The notes under the pieces are model-generated. The model did not search any database, was not told the origin of the DNA, and saw only the letters and a program-made list of their open reading frames with translations. Made by a program: the position numbers and the translations under genes. 29,955 bases of DNA from a virus. Location: positions 1-29,955 of IMG/VR virus record IMGVR_UViG_3300045988_156777; one strand, written 5' to 3'. Shown here in pieces: positions 28,604 through 29,955 of this stretch; within the stretch, counting starts at the first letter, position 1; the number at the start of each line of letters is the position of its first letter.

Positions 28604-29955
28604 TTATACCTCGCTTTCTAATACAAGATCTAAATCTTCAGGAAGTTCAGTGATTAAGTTATAGGTCAATTTATTTAAATAAAATTTTTCCCTTTTACCA
28701 AACTCAGTTTCTACATAAATTGAATCATTTAATTTCAATGTCTGTGCATCAGGCACATTGGATGAAAATAATTCTTCAAATTTAATAGACGTTTCTGTTT
28801 TCGGCTTTTGTAGTTCTTTCTCCAAAGATTTTTTTGCCTGTATTCTAAGATAGCTAATTAAATTTGCTTCATTTCTAAACACGCCCAGTGTTGTTTTTTT
28901 AGCTTCTGAATCGTCTTCCATTAACTTGATATTAGAATATTCTTTCACATCAATTCTATGAATCTCATCTGTATACCAATTGCTCGCTTTAACGATTTCG
29001 TTGTTTGGTAAAATTCGCCCGTTGTATGCTTTTGGAATTATTCCTGTTACGACATCTTCCATCGACTTCTTTTTTGTGTATTCAGACATTTCTTTATTGC
29101 TTATGAAAAATTCATTTGGCTTCAAACCGGAAGCATAATAATTTGAATTTCCAAAATAACAATCATAATTATTGAACATAGCAACAAATCTATTACTTTC
29201 ACATTCAGGCCATCTGTTCATCATGGAATTGTCTTCCTCCCCAAATAAACATTGAATCAGATTATATCTAACCCAATATGCAGTTTGCGTAGAATCCACA
29301 TCTTCCAATGTCCATTTGCAAATATTTCCTATATTTCTATCTGCAACGATAACTTTATTTTCATTTCCAACACTTGTTAAATTAGGATAGATTCCATAAT
29401 ATACATTTTTTAATGGCGCAATTTCATAACTAGATCCATTTTTGATGAACCACCATTGCTCAGAACTGTCGGATGGTCTTTCAGATAAACTACCTAGAAC
29501 AACCTTTTCTGAATCCAATTTCAACCATCTACATGAACATAGTGATAAAATTCCATATATGTCTCCATATATGCCTGACCCTACTTTTTTTAGCATAAAT
29601 GTTTGAGCGGCGGTTCTATTTATTTGATGTGTCTGTAGCTGCAACAATACATTTTCACTTGCATTTGGAACCTCTAAGCAATATTCATTGCTTAGAGCAT
29701 TACGGAAATATACAATTTTTCCATCCTCTGCATATATATTTGTATAGTTCACATATTTTCTACGTCCATGGATTTTATAAGGATAATTAGAATGAGAATT
29801 TGTGATAATGTCATTTGCGGTGTGTATCGCATCTTCCCACGTACCACTCATAGTACGATCATCAAACACAAACACTTCTTTTTGAGAATCAAAGAACACA
29901 TGTGTTGCATAGCATGTATATGTATCGCTTTGTTTGTTGTATTTTGGATACACAA
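28604..29955 (-). CDS. tail-tip / tail-associated protein, N-terminus truncated by the window edge; central ricin-type lectin-like region
   Basis: The ORF runs to the window end. QxW-like repeats (QTFML, EQWWF, CKWTL) suggest a beta-trefoil. It occupies the position upstream of the baseplate genes. Confidence 0.8.
   Translation of the reverse strand, partial: VYPKYNKQSDTYTCYATHVFFDSQKEVFVFDDRTMSGTWEDAIHTANDIITNSHSNYPYKIHGRRKYVNYTNIYAEDGKIVYFRNALSNEYCLEVPNASENVLLQLQTHQINRTAAQTFMLKKVGSGIYGDIYGILSLCSCRWLKLDSEKVVLGSLSERPSDSSEQWWFIKNGSSYEIAPLKNVYYGIYPNLTSVGNENKVIVADRNIGNICKWTLEDVDSTQTAYWVRYNLIQCLFGEEDNSMMNRWPECESNRFVAMFNNYDCYFGNSNYYASGLKPNEFFISNKEMSEYTKKKSMEDVVTGIIPKAYNGRILPNNEIVKASNWYTDEIHRIDVKEYSNIKLMEDDSEAKKTTLGVFRNEANLISYLRIQAKKSLEKELQKPKTETSIKFEELFSSNVPDAQTLKLNDSIYVETEFGKREKFYLNKLTYNLITELPEDLDLVLESEV

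Larger units (their letters stand above)
1..29955 (-). mobile_element. temperate tailed-phage (prophage-type) genome segment, backbone transcribed on the minus strand
   Basis: Contiguous phage modules are recognisable from the translated ORFs: tail/baseplate, holin plus amidase, tyrosine integrase, XRE repressor with early promoter, replication organizer plus DnaC-like loader, dUTPase, ArpU/RinA-like regulator. Operons are tight with overlapping stops and starts. No host housekeeping genes. Confidence 0.9.

Overview
AT-rich DNA (roughly 30% GC by eye) that reads as about 30 kb of a temperate siphovirus-like phage or prophage from a low-GC Firmicute. The backbone is on the minus strand. Right to left: (1) tail tip, baseplate and two tandem receptor-binding modules (29955-22632). 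(2) Two small membrane/coiled-coil proteins. (3) An inserted block of self-contained transcription units (22095-19420): a sigma-region-4-only protein, Q/N/M/P-rich proteins, a Gly/Tyr/Cys-rich membrane protein and a BclA-C/C1q-like protein. (4) Holin and amidase endolysin (19340-17945). (5) An att/operator region and a phage integrase (17634-16537). (6) An integrase-to-repressor accessory island (16390-14356): a small membrane protein, a PBECR-like nuclease pair, about 340 nt of non-coding DNA with a G10 tract in a promoter-like spacer, and MazEF. (7) A plus-strand XRE repressor facing a consensus early promoter wrapped in a 15-bp inverted repeat. (8) An RHH protein, several counter-oriented single-gene cassettes, and a second XerC/D-like recombinase. 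(9) A replication module (organizer with in-gene iterons, DnaC-like loader), a dimeric dUTPase and an ArpU/RinA-like regulator. (10) An accessory end: two lipoproteins, a multi-TM protein, and three tandem paralogs saturated by a strand-specific AAAGTTT motif. (11) A plus-strand block of small genes, including a very acidic protein and an apparently frameshifted gene. I recognised no rRNA, tRNA, CRISPR array, transposase, terminase, portal or capsid gene in this window. All family assignments come from motif recognition by eye, not from searches.
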